In this document: positions 42,969-53,772 of the stretch, piece after piece
Numbering within the stretch: position 1 is the first letter of the stretch
Layout: each line of letters starts with the position of its first letter
Origin: an uncultured Cytophagales bacterium
GTDB lineage: Bacteria; Bacteroidota; Bacteroidia; Cytophagales; Cyclobacteriaceae
Direction of reading: 5' to 3'
Length of the DNA stretch: 64,000 bases
Assembly (NCBI GenBank): GCA_963793215.1
Contig: CAWBZE010000005.1
Coordinates: 1,291,746 to 1,355,745 of the forward strand
Notes under the pieces: model-generated
What the model saw: only the letters and a program-made list of their open reading frames with translations
Told to the model about the DNA's origin: nothing
Databases searched by the model: none
Made by a program: the position numbers and the translations under genes

Positions 42969-44249
42969 ATGGTAAAGAAAATTGCTATTTCATTAATAAT
43001 ACTCGCCGTACTGGCCGGGGGGTACTATTTTACCCAGAGTCAGGGGACCAAAGAAACTGCCGAAATCACTATTCGGGTTCGTCGGGATAATTTGAAGATT
43101 AACGTTACCGTATCGGGCGAGTTGGAGGCGAAAAATTCGGTTAACGTGATGGGACCAACCGGCTTGCAGTCAGCCCGCGTCTACCAAGTAAAGATTGATG
43201 ACATTGTGCCGGAGGGTAAGGTGGTGAAGAAAGGCGACTTTGTTGCTGCCCTTGATCGCTCGGAGTTGCTGGAAAAGATTCGGGAAGAAGAACTAGACTA
43301 CGAAGAGAGCCTCAACAAGTACGAGCAGACCCGTATCGACACCGCCATTGATCTGCGCGCGCAACGCGACAAGCTAGTGAATGCTGAATACGATGTGCAA
43401 GAGAAGCAGCTTATTCTGGAGCAATCTCAGTATGAGCCCCCCGCCACTATCAAACAAAACGAACTTGATCTGGAGAAAGCCAAACGAACGTTATCCCAGG
43501 GCAAGCAAGAATACGAACTACTCCGGCAAAAAAGCACCTCCCAAATGGCGCAGGCCTGGGCAAAATTCAAAGACGACAAAGGCGACCTGTCATTCTTACA
43601 AGAATTATCGCAGCGATTTACGATCAATGCTCCCGAGAATGGAATGGTGATTTATGATCGCGATTGGAACGGGCGCAAAAAGGAAAAAGGTTCGCAGATT
43701 CAGGCGTGGTCGCCGGTGGTTGCCACCCTGCCTGACCTATCAGCGATGGTATCTAAAACCTACGTGAACGAAGTAGACATTAGCCGCATCCAAGATGGAC
43801 AAACCGTGGAGCTAGGGCTAGATGCTTTTCCTGAAAAACAACTCAGCGGCACCGTCACGCACGTAGCCAATATTGGCGAGCAGCGCCCCAACTCGGATGC
43901 TAAGGTGTTTGAGGTCACGGTAGAGGTGCACGAGGCCGACACCACCCTACGCCCCGCCATGACCACCAGCAATATGATCATCACCGACTACGTTGAGGGG
44001 GTGCTTTTGGTGCCGCTGGAGGCGGTGCACAACCAGGGTGATTCGCTCACCTACGTTTTTCAGAAGAATGGTTTTTCTGCCCAAAGGCAGGAAGTAGCCC
44101 TTGGGGCGAAGGGAAACGACCTGGTGGTGGTCACCGATGGATTAGCAGAAGACGATGTGGTGTATTTATCCATCCCTAAAAGCGCCGAGGAGAAACCCAT
44201 TGCTTTGCTAGTGAAGTCTCAACCCCTTACCGCTCGGGGTAATGATTGA
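42969..44249 (+). CDS. Efflux transporter periplasmic adaptor (HlyD/MFP family)
   Basis: It has an N-terminal TM anchor, a long coiled-coil (ELDYEESLNKYEQTRID...) and a beta-barrel C-terminus. An alternative start is at 42909. Confidence 0.85.
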   Translation: MVKKIAISLIILAVLAGGYYFTQSQGTKETAEITIRVRRDNLKINVTVSGELEAKNSVNVMGPTGLQSARVYQVKIDDIVPEGKVVKKGDFVAALDRSELLEKIREEELDYEESLNKYEQTRIDTAIDLRAQRDKLVNAEYDVQEKQLILEQSQYEPPATIKQNELDLEKAKRTLSQGKQEYELLRQKSTSQMAQAWAKFKDDKGDLSFLQELSQRFTINAPENGMVIYDRDWNGRKKEKGSQIQAWSPVVATLPDLSAMVSKTYVNEVDISRIQDGQTVELGLDAFPEKQLSGTVTHVANIGEQRPNSDAKVFEVTVEVHEADTTLRPAMTTSNMIITDYVEGVLLVPLEAVHNQGDSLTYVFQKNGFSAQRQEVALGAKGNDLVVVTDGLAEDDVVYLSIPKSAEEKPIALLVKSQPLTARGND

Positions 44250-45591
44250 TCGGATTCTCTCTAACTTTTCACTAGCGCTAGAGGCAGTGCTCACCAATAA
44301 AATGCGCTCGGTGCTCACTGCGCTCGGAATAATTTTCGGAGTGGCCGCCGTGATCGCCATGCTGGGCATCGGAGCCGGTGCGCAGCAAGAAATTCTTGAT
44401 CAGATCAAGCTGGTTGGGGTCAATAATATTATCATCACCCCGGTGATTGAGCAAACCGAAGAAGCAGTAGAAGATGAGACTCCATTGACCGAAAAAACGA
44501 AGTTTTCACCGGGTTTGTCACTGCGCGATGCGGCGAGTATCCAACGCATCGTTCCGGGCATCGCCAAGGTGAGTCCGGAGGTGATTCTGGATAAATATAT
44601 CATCAAGGATGGCATTCGCCGCTCAGCCAAACTGGTGGGGATTGACAACCATTATTTTGACATTGCCAATTTTGAACTGGCCCAGGGCGTGTTATTCACC
44701 GAAAAGCAACGGCGGGATGGCGATTTGGTATGTATTATTGGCAAAGCAATTCAGAGCCGCTTCTTTGCCGAGGAAGAACCGCTCGACAAAATGATTAAAG
44801 TGGGCGACCAATGGTTGCGCGTGGTTGGGGTGCTTGAGCCGCGCATCATCACCGACGAGAATATCAACCGTCTGGGGATTCGCGACTACAACATGGACGT
44901 ATACGCACCCATTAATACGGTTCTTATTCGCTACCGGGATCGCTCGCTCATTACTAAGGCTCGGATTGAAGCGGCTAAGCAACGCTCGCGGGGCGATGAT
45001 GAAGAGCCTTCGGAAGATGCCTTTGCTGAGCAGCGTAACTATCACCAGATCGACCGTTTAGTGGTGCAAGCCGAAGAAACCGGTACGCTGGGTAAGATGG
45101 CCGAAGTGATGTCGCGTATGCTGGAACGGCGGCACTTCGGGGCGGTTGATTTTCAGGTAGCCATTCCGGAGCTGCTCATCAAACAGCAGCAGCGAACCAA
45201 TCAAATTTTCAACGTAGTGCTCGGAGCACTCGCGGGCATTTCGTTGTTGGTGGGCGGTATCGGCATTATGAACATCATGCTGGCCTCGGTACTCGAGCGC
45301 ATTAAGGAGATTGGACTGCGACTGGCGGTGGGTGCTCAGAAAATGGATATCATTTGGCAGTTTTTGCTGGAAGCCACCCTAATTAGTATCACCGGGGGGC
45401 TTATCGGTGTTTTGCTGGGGATGCTCATCGCGGTAGGCATCTCTCGACTGGCTGATATTCCTACGATTATCACGCTTTCTTCTATTCTGCTTTCCTTCGG
45501 AGTGGCGGCCACGGTGGGATTGATCTTCGGCATTGCTCCGGCGCGTAAAGCGGCCAATCAAGACCCCATTACCTCACTGCGCTATGAATAA
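44242..45591 (+). CDS. ABC transporter permease (MacB_PCD + FtsX domains)
   Basis: 449 aa with an N-terminal TM, a large periplasmic domain and a C-terminal FtsX 3-TM bundle (GGIGIMNIMLASVLERIKEIGLR...). It overlaps the adaptor stop by 8 nt. Confidence 0.88.
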   Translation: MIDRILSNFSLALEAVLTNKMRSVLTALGIIFGVAAVIAMLGIGAGAQQEILDQIKLVGVNNIIITPVIEQTEEAVEDETPLTEKTKFSPGLSLRDAASIQRIVPGIAKVSPEVILDKYIIKDGIRRSAKLVGIDNHYFDIANFELAQGVLFTEKQRRDGDLVCIIGKAIQSRFFAEEEPLDKMIKVGDQWLRVVGVLEPRIITDENINRLGIRDYNMDVYAPINTVLIRYRDRSLITKARIEAAKQRSRGDDEEPSEDAFAEQRNYHQIDRLVVQAEETGTLGKMAEVMSRMLERRHFGAVDFQVAIPELLIKQQQRTNQIFNVVLGALAGISLLVGGIGIMNIMLASVLERIKEIGLRLAVGAQKMDIIWQFLLEATLISITGGLIGVLLGMLIAVGISRLADIPTIITLSSILLSFGVAATVGLIFGIAPARKAANQDPITSLRYE

Positions 45592-47170
45592 TCGTTTCAA
45601 TCAACCAGCCTTAAGAGTTAGGAGAATATCGAGTGTAGAAATGCTTTTCAAATTTATCCGCGCAGCGGATCCCACTCGATATTCCTTCTTCCGTGCTGCC
45701 AAGGTTCCGGTTCGATATTTATTTTTCCTTCTGTTGGCTCTTCCTTCCTTCGCTCAAACCGATTCTCTAATAAACGTACAGCAGTTCACATTAGAAGAAA
45801 TTGTGCAACTAGCGCTGGATCGTTCGCCCCGAGCGTTACAGGCCGAAACGCGCAAGGAAGTAGCCTACTGGCGGTGGAGATCGTTTCGATCTAACTACCG
45901 TCCGCAGCTCGCGTTGCAAGGCACCTTGCCTAATTTTAGTCGTACTAACCAAACCGTGCAACAGCCTAATGGCTCTTATGCTTTTCGCCGGGTATCTAAT
46001 AATCTTACCGACTTGTATCTCACTGCTAGTCAATCAATTGGTATTACCGGCACTGAGTTTTTTGTGAGTACTGGTATAGAGCGTTTTGATGACTTTAGTA
46101 CCGACGAAACTACTTACAGTAGTCGTCCCGCGCGTATCGGTTTGCGGCAGTCGTTGTTTGGGTTTAACAAATTGCGGTGGGACCGACAAGTAGAGCCACT
46201 GTACTACGAAGAAGCAAACCGCGACTACGCCGTGCAGCGTGAGGAAATTGCTCAGAATGCCACCGAACGGTTCTTTGCGGTGCTATTGCAGCAGGTCAAT
46301 CTAGGTCTTGCGCAGAAAAATCTGGCCAATAACGATACAATATTTCAGATTGGACAAGGACGCTATAACCTGGGCCGGATCACCGAAGACCAATTGCTCA
46401 ATCTGGAACTCAACGTAATGAACTCGCGCCAAGAAGTGGCGCAGGCGCAACTAGAGTTAGAAACCAGTACGTTAGCGCTCAATTCGTTCGTTGGGCTCGG
46501 CGAAGGTCAATCGCTCACCGTAGCATCGCCTTCGGGGATTCCGCAGTTTGTTATTGACGCCCAGGTAGCTGTGCAGCAGGCACTCGCCAACAATCCTGAC
46601 ATGGTTAGCTTCCAGCGGCGGGTGCGGGAAGCCGAGTCGGAAGTGGCTCAAAGCCGGGCGCAGAATGGTTTCCGAGCCAATTTGGAGGCCACCTACGGCC
46701 TCACTGATCGGGGAAATTCCTTTGCTGATGTGTATAACGAGCCAGAGAACGAGCAGATTGTTGAGTTGGGGTTTCGCGTGCCGGTGTTAGACTGGGGCCG
46801 CTCGAAGTCGAGGATGAAACAGGCCGAAGCCATTCTGAAGCTGGAGCGGTATACCGTAGAGCAAGAGCAGGTTAACTTTCGGCAAGAAGTATACACCCAA
46901 GTACGCACTTTCGCCATGCAGCGCGACCAGGTGAAAATCACGGTGGTGGCCGATGATATCGCCCAGCGTCGCTATGATATTGCCAAGCAGCGCTATCTGA
47001 TCGGCAAAATTGATATCACTGATCTAAGCATCGCGCTGCGCGAAAAAGACGAGGCGCGCCGCCGCTACATTGAGTCGCTGCGCGATTTCTGGCTCAACTA
47101 CTACGAAGTGCGGATGCTAACGCTGTATGACTTTGCGGTTGGGAAGGCGCTGCTACCGCAGGAAGGATAA
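45584..47170 (+). CDS. TolC-family outer membrane efflux protein
   Basis: It has a signal-like segment (...LLLALPSFAQ) and two OEP repeats. ATG 45584 overlaps the permease stop (ATGA); an alternative ATG is at 45641. Confidence 0.85.
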   Translation: MNNRFNQPALRVRRISSVEMLFKFIRAADPTRYSFFRAAKVPVRYLFFLLLALPSFAQTDSLINVQQFTLEEIVQLALDRSPRALQAETRKEVAYWRWRSFRSNYRPQLALQGTLPNFSRTNQTVQQPNGSYAFRRVSNNLTDLYLTASQSIGITGTEFFVSTGIERFDDFSTDETTYSSRPARIGLRQSLFGFNKLRWDRQVEPLYYEEANRDYAVQREEIAQNATERFFAVLLQQVNLGLAQKNLANNDTIFQIGQGRYNLGRITEDQLLNLELNVMNSRQEVAQAQLELETSTLALNSFVGLGEGQSLTVASPSGIPQFVIDAQVAVQQALANNPDMVSFQRRVREAESEVAQSRAQNGFRANLEATYGLTDRGNSFADVYNEPENEQIVELGFRVPVLDWGRSKSRMKQAEAILKLERYTVEQEQVNFRQEVYTQVRTFAMQRDQVKITVVADDIAQRRYDIAKQRYLIGKIDITDLSIALREKDEARRRYIESLRDFWLNYYEVRMLTLYDFAVGKALLPQEG

Positions 47171-47210
47171 AATAATTCTATCATCCTCCCGGTTGCCCCA
47201 CCAAAATCCG

Positions 47211-47218
47211 TATTTTTG
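47211..47218 (+). promoter_or_regulatory. TAnnTTTG -7 box upstream of pheT
   Basis: TATTTTTG lies 24 nt upstream of ATG 47242. Confidence 0.35.
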
Positions 47219-47241
47219 CCGTCCCAAAACGGGAGGCAACT

Positions 47242-49665
47242 ATGAAAATATCCGTTAACTGGCTCCGCGATTTTATTGATCTACCCGATTCGGCAGAAGC
47301 TATTGCTGATAGCCTTACCTTATCTGGTTTGGAAGTGGAGGGCATCGAACGCTACGACCAAATCACCGGCGGACTAGCCGGATTACTGATCGGCGAGGTG
47401 CTATCGGTGCAGCCCCACCCCGACGCTGATCGTCTGCAACTTACCACAGTCGATGTTGGCGAAGACAAACCGTTGCCGATTGTCTGCGGGGCACCCAACG
47501 TGGCGGCGGGGCAGCGCGTGGTGGTGGCGGTGGTGGGAACTACCCTGTATCCAACCAAGGGTGAATCCTTTACTATCAAAAAGGCAAAGATTCGGGGCGA
47601 AGAATCGCGCGGGATGATCTGCGCCGAAGACGAAATCGGATTGGGCACCAGCCACAATGGTATTATGGTGCTGAATACCGATGTGTCTAACGGCACGCCT
47701 GCTGCTGATTACTTTCGCCCGGTGTCCGATACCGTGCTAGAAATTGGACTTACCCCCAACCGGGCCGACGCCGCCTCGCACCTGGGCGTCGCCCGTGACC
47801 TAAAAGCCCTGTATCGGAAGCCCCTCACCCTTCCGTCGGTGGACGAATTTCGCGTAGACAACCACGACCGCTCTATTCGGGTGACGCTAGAAAACCCAGA
47901 AGCTTGCCCGCGCTACAGCGGTGTCACGCTGAGCGGAGTGCAGGTCCAGCATTCGCCTGACTGGCTACAAAACCGACTGAAAGCCATCGGCCTGTCGCCT
48001 ATTAACAATGTCGTGGATGCTACCAATTACGTGATGCACGAACTGGGGCAACCGCTGCACGCTTTTGATGCCGATGCCATTGCGGGCAACGAGGTGGTCA
48101 TAAAGACGCTACCGGCAGGAAGCAAGTTTACTACACTGGACGGAAAAGATCGGAAGCTGCAAGCGAACGATTTGATGATTTGTAATGCCGAAGGAGGTAT
48201 GTGCATTGCCGGAGTATTTGGTGGAAACAAATCCGGCGTGAAGGCGGATACAAAGAATATTTTTTTGGAGAGCGCTTACTTCGCCCCCGAGTATATTCGG
48301 CGCACGGCGCAGCATCACAGCCTCAAAACCGACGCTTCGTTTCGTTACGAGCGCGGCACCGACCCAAACATGACGGTTTTTGCGCTGAAACGGGCTATTC
48401 TGCTTATTCAAGACTTGGCCGGAGGGCAAGTCTCTTCGGATATCGTCGATGAATTTCCGGTACCAATTGCCCCCTTCCGGGTAGCGGTGAAGTATGCGCA
48501 TGTGGATAGGCTGATCGGCAAAGTGATTGACCGATCGGAAATCAAGACGATTCTTACTAAATTAGATATTTCCGTAAGCGAAGAAAATGATGAAGGAATC
48601 ATCGTGCTAGTGCCGCCTTACCGGGTAGATGTACAGCGGGAAGCCGATGTCATTGAAGAAATTCTTCGGATTCACGGCTACGATCAGGTGCCTACGGCCG
48701 CCCACCTGAAGGCTGACTATCTGGCCAGCTTTCCGGAGTTAAACACGGCTACGCTGCGGGCAAAAGTTAGTGAAATGTTGATAGATAGCGGTTTCTACGA
48801 GATTGTTACGAACTCACTCACCAAACCAGCGTATGCCCAGGCCCTTCACCAGGCTGACGGCTCGGTTTCTATGGTGAACGCGCTCAGTGAAGATCTAAGC
48901 GTGATGCGCCAGAGTCTGCTGTTTTCAGGTTTGGAGGTGGTTGCTCATAACGTGAATCGTCAGCAGAAGAATCTGAAGCTTTTTGAGTTCGGGACTACCT
49001 ACCAAAAGCGCGAAGATAAGTATGTGGAAACAAATGAGTTATCCATTTTCATGACGGGCCAAGTCCAGTCCGAAAGCTGGATGACCACCGAAGACCCAGT
49101 ATCTTTTCATCATTTGTCCTCGCTAATCCGAAAAATTTTTAATAGGTTTGACATAGACGCCCCTGGTCAAATTATGGCAAATCTATCTGCTTTTGACTAT
49201 AGTTTGCAATATGTTTTCCAGGACAAAGTTCTTGCGAAGCTAGGTTTGGTGAGTGATTCTATCGCTAGCTTGGCCGGGGTTTATCAACCGGTTTTCTACG
49301 CTAGTGTGCATTGGCCCAAATTGGTAGCCAGCGTCCGCGCCGCTGGTCAAAAAAAACGATTGGTGTATCAGCCAATATCAAAATTCCCTGAGGTGCGTCG
49401 CGACTTGTCCTTGGTGCTCGATGAGCAAGTTCAGTTTAGTCAAGTAGAAGCAATTGCCAAACAAGCGAGCAACCAATTGGTTCGTCAGATTAACGTGTTT
49501 GATATTTACGAGGGTGAACAGTTGGCAGAAGGAAAGAAAGCGTACGCGCTTAGTTTCACTCTGCAAGATCAAGACAGAACATTGACCGATACGTTGATTG
49601 AAAAAACCATGAACAAGCTTATAAATGCTTTAGAACGTGAACTAAACGCTACTATCCGTAAATAG
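47242..49665 (+). CDS. pheT: Phenylalanine--tRNA ligase beta subunit
   Basis: 807 aa with the N-terminus MKISVNWLRDFIDL, a tRNA-binding domain (PHPDADRLQLTTVDVG), and B3/4, B5 and FDX-ACB domains. Confidence 0.95.
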   Translation: MKISVNWLRDFIDLPDSAEAIADSLTLSGLEVEGIERYDQITGGLAGLLIGEVLSVQPHPDADRLQLTTVDVGEDKPLPIVCGAPNVAAGQRVVVAVVGTTLYPTKGESFTIKKAKIRGEESRGMICAEDEIGLGTSHNGIMVLNTDVSNGTPAADYFRPVSDTVLEIGLTPNRADAASHLGVARDLKALYRKPLTLPSVDEFRVDNHDRSIRVTLENPEACPRYSGVTLSGVQVQHSPDWLQNRLKAIGLSPINNVVDATNYVMHELGQPLHAFDADAIAGNEVVIKTLPAGSKFTTLDGKDRKLQANDLMICNAEGGMCIAGVFGGNKSGVKADTKNIFLESAYFAPEYIRRTAQHHSLKTDASFRYERGTDPNMTVFALKRAILLIQDLAGGQVSSDIVDEFPVPIAPFRVAVKYAHVDRLIGKVIDRSEIKTILTKLDISVSEENDEGIIVLVPPYRVDVQREADVIEEILRIHGYDQVPTAAHLKADYLASFPELNTATLRAKVSEMLIDSGFYEIVTNSLTKPAYAQALHQADGSVSMVNALSEDLSVMRQSLLFSGLEVVAHNVNRQQKNLKLFEFGTTYQKREDKYVETNELSIFMTGQVQSESWMTTEDPVSFHHLSSLIRKIFNRFDIDAPGQIMANLSAFDYSLQYVFQDKVLAKLGLVSDSIASLAGVYQPVFYASVHWPKLVASVRAAGQKKRLVYQPISKFPEVRRDLSLVLDEQVQFSQVEAIAKQASNQLVRQINVFDIYEGEQLAEGKKAYALSFTLQDQDRTLTDTLIEKTMNKLINALERELNATIRK

Positions 49666-49801
49666 TCATCGCTACCAGAGGCTGGTTGCTTCACAGTCCG
49701 TCTCCCAGAATGCTCATCACCGTCCGTTAATACATTGAATCTACTAACAACCAACCATGCTAGTCGCCACTGAGGGCTCTATAAAGCACCAGAATTCTGT
49801 A

Positions 49802-50080
49802 ATGTCCGAAATTGTTGCGTTAGAGCGCAAGGTTGAGCTATTTATCCAGCAACAAAAGGATGCCCAGGCGGAGATTCAACAACTTAAAGAGGATAACATA
49901 CGCTTGGCGGCAGCGCTAAGCCAGAAGGATGAGCAAATCGCTCACTTTCAAAATACAATTAAAATCAATAAAATTGCGAATCAGACAGTAGCCGATAAAA
50001 GCGAAACTACTGAACTTAAGCGTACAATTAACGAGTATATAAAGAAGATTGACCGTTGCATCGCTCAGTTGAGCCAATAA
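49802..50080 (+). CDS. Coiled-coil protein (ZapB-like) upstream of zapA
   Basis: The 92 aa are an almost continuous heptad coiled coil (ALERKVELFIQQQKDAQAEIQQLKEDNIRL...). The function is inferred only from position. Confidence 0.45.
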   Translation: MSEIVALERKVELFIQQQKDAQAEIQQLKEDNIRLAAALSQKDEQIAHFQNTIKINKIANQTVADKSETTELKRTINEYIKKIDRCIAQLSQ

Positions 50081-50104
50081 TGCGTGAAACAGGATTACCT
50101 TACG

Positions 50105-50416
50105 ATGGGAGAGCTTTCCATAAAAATCAGAATTGCCGAACGGGAATATCCGATGCGGGTAGAAGCGGGGGAGGAAGAGCGCTTGCGCTTGGCTAGTCAA
50201 CTCATCAATGAGCAGGTCCGCCGCTACCGCGATCAGTATGGCACCACCGACAAGCAAGACCTACTGGCCATGGTTGCCTTTGATGCGCTGGTGCAGAAGT
50301 TGGAACACGATAAGTTGCAACAGGAAACAACGCAAGTGATCGCCGAACGCCTCAGCAAACTCAACCGTCAAGTTGGTAAAGCGATTTCTGCCGAAGAGCA
50401 GCACACCACGTACTAA
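50105..50416 (+). CDS. zapA: Cell division protein ZapA
   Basis: LSIKIRIAEREYPMRVEAGEEERLRLASQLINEQVRRYRDQY is a typical ZapA fold start followed by a coiled-coil tail. Confidence 0.75.
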   Translation: MGELSIKIRIAEREYPMRVEAGEEERLRLASQLINEQVRRYRDQYGTTDKQDLLAMVAFDALVQKLEHDKLQQETTQVIAERLSKLNRQVGKAISAEEQHTTY

Positions 50417-50490
50417 ACCATTACTCGTTGATTAACGCCCGTAGTTTCGTTAGGTAGGCTTCGCAACCAACCGTTTAACGAACTAACATC

Positions 50491-52101
50491 ATGGGTGAAA
50501 CAATAGTACTCCCCCTACTAGCTATCCTTGTGGCACTGGCCATCGGGTTCTTTGTCGGGAAAAGCCTCTCTAACAAAGCCGCTTCGCAGCAAGAAGATCA
50601 ACTCAACGCCCGCGAAGAAAGCCTCCGCCAACGCGAAGAAAAGTTGCAGGAGGAAGGCAAACTTATCATCAAGGAAGCCAAGATAAGCGCTGAAAACCTC
50701 AAGAAAGAAAAATTATACGAGGCCAAAGAAAACTTTTTACGCTTAAAAACTGACTTTGAGGAAGAATCCTCTCGCAAGAAAAACGTCTTAATCACTAACG
50801 AGAGCAAACTTAAGCAACGCGAAAGCCGAATCAACGAGCAGGCCGAAAAGGTTCGGGTTACCGAAGCGGCCCTGAAAGACAAAGAAGAGATGTTGGAGTC
50901 GCAGTTAGAAGCCAACCGCCGCAAGCAAGCTGAGTTAGAGCGGGTGAAGCAGCAACAGACCGCCGTGTTAGAAAAAGCAGCCAATCTTACTGAGGCTGAA
51001 GCCCGCCAGCATTTGCTAGAAAGTTTAGAGGCCGAAACCCACACGCAGGCCTCGGCCATGATCAAAGACATTATTGAAGAAGCGAAGCTCTCGGCGACCA
51101 AAGAAGCCAAAAAAGTGGTTATCGCCACCATTCAACGCACCGCCACCGAACATGCCATTGAAAACTGCGTCTCGGTATTTAACATCGAGAGCGACGATAT
51201 CAAGGGGAAGGTAATTGGTCGTGAGGGCCGAAACATTCGGGCTCTGGAAGCCGCCACGGGTGTGGAAATCATTGTGGACGACACCCCCGAAGCAATCATC
51301 ATCTCCGGCTTTGACCCAGTGCGCCGCGAGATCGCCCGCTTGTCATTGCACCGCCTGGTGGTGGACGGGCGCATTCATCCCGCTCGGATTGAGGAAGTGG
51401 TGGCCAAAACTACCAAAAATATTGAGGAAGAAATCGTAGAGATTGGCGAACGTACGGTCATCGATCTGGGCATCCACGGCGTGCACCCCGAACTCATCCG
51501 AATGGTGGGACGAATGCGGTTCCGATCGTCCTACGGACAAAATCTGCTGCAGCACTCGCGCGAGGTGGCCAACATGTGCGCCACAATGGCCTCGGAATTA
51601 GGCTTTAATCCTAAAATGGCCAAGCGAGCGGGTCTACTGCACGATATCGGTAAGGTATGGCCCGAAGAACCGGAGCTGCCGCACGCAATTTTGGGCATGA
51701 AACTGGCCGAAAAATACGGTGAGCAACCTGACGTGTGCAACGCCATTGGTGCTCACCATGACGAAATAGAAATGACGGCTCTCATCTCACCGATTATCCA
51801 AACCTGTGATGCGGTTTCGGGCTCGCGCCCCGGCGCCCGACGCGAGGTAGTTGACTCGTACATTCAGCGGCTGAAAGACTTGGAGGCGTTGGGCTTAGAC
51901 TTCGAGGGGGTTAGCAAGTGCTACGCTATTCAGGCAGGCCGCGAGTTGCGGGTGATTGTTGATGCCGAAGCCGTCACCGATGAGCAGGCCGGGTCGCTTT
52001 CTTTCAATATTTCTCGCAAGATTGAGAAGGATATGCAGTATCCTGGCCAGGTGAAGGTGACCGTTATCCGCGAGATGCGGGCGGTGAGCTTTGCCAAATA
52101 G
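50491..52101 (+). CDS. rny: Ribonuclease Y
   Basis: It has an N-terminal TM, a K/E-rich coiled coil, a KH domain ([11 protein letters not shown]) and an HD domain (LLHDIGK...GAHH). Confidence 0.95.
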   Translation: MGETIVLPLLAILVALAIGFFVGKSLSNKAASQQEDQLNAREESLRQREEKLQEEGKLIIKEAKISAENLKKEKLYEAKENFLRLKTDFEEESSRKKNVLITNESKLKQRESRINEQAEKVRVTEAALKDKEEMLESQLEANRRKQAELERVKQQQTAVLEKAANLTEAEARQHLLESLEAETHTQASAMIKDIIEEAKLSATKEAKKVVIATIQRTATEHAIENCVSVFNIESDDIKGKVIGREGRNIRALEAATGVEIIVDDTPEAIIISGFDPVRREIARLSLHRLVVDGRIHPARIEEVVAKTTKNIEEEIVEIGERTVIDLGIHGVHPELIRMVGRMRFRSSYGQNLLQHSREVANMCATMASELGFNPKMAKRAGLLHDIGKVWPEEPELPHAILGMKLAEKYGEQPDVCNAIGAHHDEIEMTALISPIIQTCDAVSGSRPGARREVVDSYIQRLKDLEALGLDFEGVSKCYAIQAGRELRVIVDAEAVTDEQAGSLSFNISRKIEKDMQYPGQVKVTVIREMRAVSFAK

Positions 52102-52115
52102 TTCACGCTGAATAA

Positions 52116-52937
52116 CTAGTTTTCCTGCGGTTCGCTTAGTTCAGTTTGGCACTGCGGTGCAATACCATTTACGTACTTTTCAATAGCTCCGATTTCTTCC
52201 GCTACTGAACTCCCGTCAAAGTCCTTGATCTCAGCATAGCTTACGTGATTGTTGTACTGCTGTAAGAACTGCTGAGCGAGCGGCAAGTAACTCCAGTGCC
52301 ATTTCTCCTCGTGATAACCATTTGGACGGCTTGCGTCCTGCTCAGTATACACTTGGCAAAATCCGTAGCTGCTGGCGTATGCCACGAGCCACGCATATAC
52401 TTTCTGCCCCTCACCAGAGGCAAAATAGCTGTTACTCAGAGCGTTGAGGTCAATATCAGTGCCCCAATGGTGGCGCGAGGTACCAGGCATCGAGCTGTAT
52501 TCCAGTATCTTCAGGGCGCGCTGTTTAGGATCGGGTATGGTATCCTTCAGATTCTGTCCGCCTACTTTTCTCCGCCCATTCCATTTGGACTCCCATATCC
52601 ACCGCTGCACAGCGAAGTTGCGGGTAGCCGACTTTATTGTCAACCGAACGCTGTCTTCTTGGGCTGCCTGCGCCATACGCATAAAAGCTGCGTAGGCTGG
52701 CTTTCGCAAATAAATGGCTATAGTATCATTGGTATACTTGCGCGAGATAAGTGCAAATCCACTGTCCTGCGCCGGTCTGATCTTACCTAACAAGGCTTCC
52801 TTACTCAATTGCATTGTCGGTATGCTGTTGCTGATCAAGTAGGAAGGGACATTGGAAGTTGTCGGCGTTGCTTGCCCCCGGAGGGAATTATAACCCAACA
52901 AACTTGAGAACAGGACTAGCCAAGAATAATTTATCAT
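52116..52937 (-). CDS. M15-family metallopeptidase (D-alanyl-D-alanine carboxypeptidase / VanY-like)
   Basis: SMPGTSRHHWGTDIDLN (SxHxxGxAxD-type zinc motif) plus a signal peptide from MINYSWLVLFSS. ATG 52937 overlaps the mazG stop (ATGA). The longer track ORF overlaps mazG, so I reject it. Confidence 0.8.
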   Translation of the reverse strand: MINYSWLVLFSSLLGYNSLRGQATPTTSNVPSYLISNSIPTMQLSKEALLGKIRPAQDSGFALISRKYTNDTIAIYLRKPAYAAFMRMAQAAQEDSVRLTIKSATRNFAVQRWIWESKWNGRRKVGGQNLKDTIPDPKQRALKILEYSSMPGTSRHHWGTDIDLNALSNSYFASGEGQKVYAWLVAYASSYGFCQVYTEQDASRPNGYHEEKWHWSYLPLAQQFLQQYNNHVSYAEIKDFDGSSVAEEIGAIEKYVNGIAPQCQTELSEPQEN

Positions 52938-53269
52938 TGTAACTTTTTGTTCTGCCGATGGCGATCCTTGTCCCGTTGCGATTTTTTCTCCATGTTCTTT
53001 CGAAAAGCCTCGGTGAGATCGACCCCGGTTTGGTTGGCCAGGCAAATTACTATCCAAAGAACATCAGCGAGTTCGTCTCCCAGTTCTTTTCCTTCATCCG
53101 AAGCTTTAAACGACTGATCGCCGTACTGCCGCGCCACAAGCCTTGCCACCTCGCCCACCTCTTCGGTAAGAATAGCCATGTTGGTGAGTTCACTAAAATA
53201 TCGCACCCCGGTGGTAGTGATCCACGCGTCTACTCGCTTCTGCGCTTCTGCCAACGTAATCTCACCCAT
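52934..53269 (-). CDS. MazG-like nucleotide pyrophosphohydrolase
   Basis: The 111 aa contain EEVGEVARL...ELGDELADVLWIV, the EExxE/ExxD helix pattern of the MazG family. Confidence 0.8.
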   Translation of the reverse strand: MGEITLAEAQKRVDAWITTTGVRYFSELTNMAILTEEVGEVARLVARQYGDQSFKASDEGKELGDELADVLWIVICLANQTGVDLTEAFRKNMEKKSQRDKDRHRQNKKLQ

Positions 53270-53316
53270 CGCTAAACTTCTCTTTTTTTCATCCTGATCA
53301 TTCTTTTATATCCTGA

Positions 53317-53769
53317 TCACTTCTTGTTTTGCGTATCGATAATAATGGTCACTGGACCATCATTAGTAAGTGTCACTTGCATATCGGCACCAAACACGCC
53401 CGCGACTATTGCTTTTCCCAGCGACCGTTTGCAGGTGGCTAGGAACTTTTCGTACAGTGGTTCTGCTATTTCAGGTTTAGCCGCCTGAATGTAAGAAGGC
53501 CGGTTTCCCTTTTTGGTGCTGGCGTGCAGCGTAAATTGGCTTATCACCAGTAGTTCGCCATCTATGTCTAGCAAACTGCGGTTCATCACCCCCTGCTCGT
53601 CGTTGAAGATACGTAGATTAACTACCTTCCGGCTGAGCCACTCAATATCCTCATCGCCGTCGGCATTGGCAATGCCTAACAAAACCAGCAAGCCTTGGTC
53701 AATTGATCCTCGCTGAACGTCATTTACCGTTACTGATGCCTGAGAAACGCGCTGAAGGAGGGCAACCAT
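53317..53769 (-). CDS. dtd: D-aminoacyl-tRNA deacylase
   Basis: MVALLQRV...VSQFTL...NDGPVTIIID, 150 aa. Confidence 0.93.
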   Translation of the reverse strand: MVALLQRVSQASVTVNDVQRGSIDQGLLVLLGIANADGDEDIEWLSRKVVNLRIFNDEQGVMNRSLLDIDGELLVISQFTLHASTKKGNRPSYIQAAKPEIAEPLYEKFLATCKRSLGKAIVAGVFGADMQVTLTNDGPVTIIIDTQNKK

Positions 53770-53772
53770 TTG

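Noticed and set aside
50417-50490. Possible 6S RNA (ssrS) downstream of zapA, by analogy with E. coli zapA-ssrS synteny.
   Set aside because: The spacer is only 74 nt, far too short for a ~180-nt 6S RNA, and it shows no long irregular hairpin.
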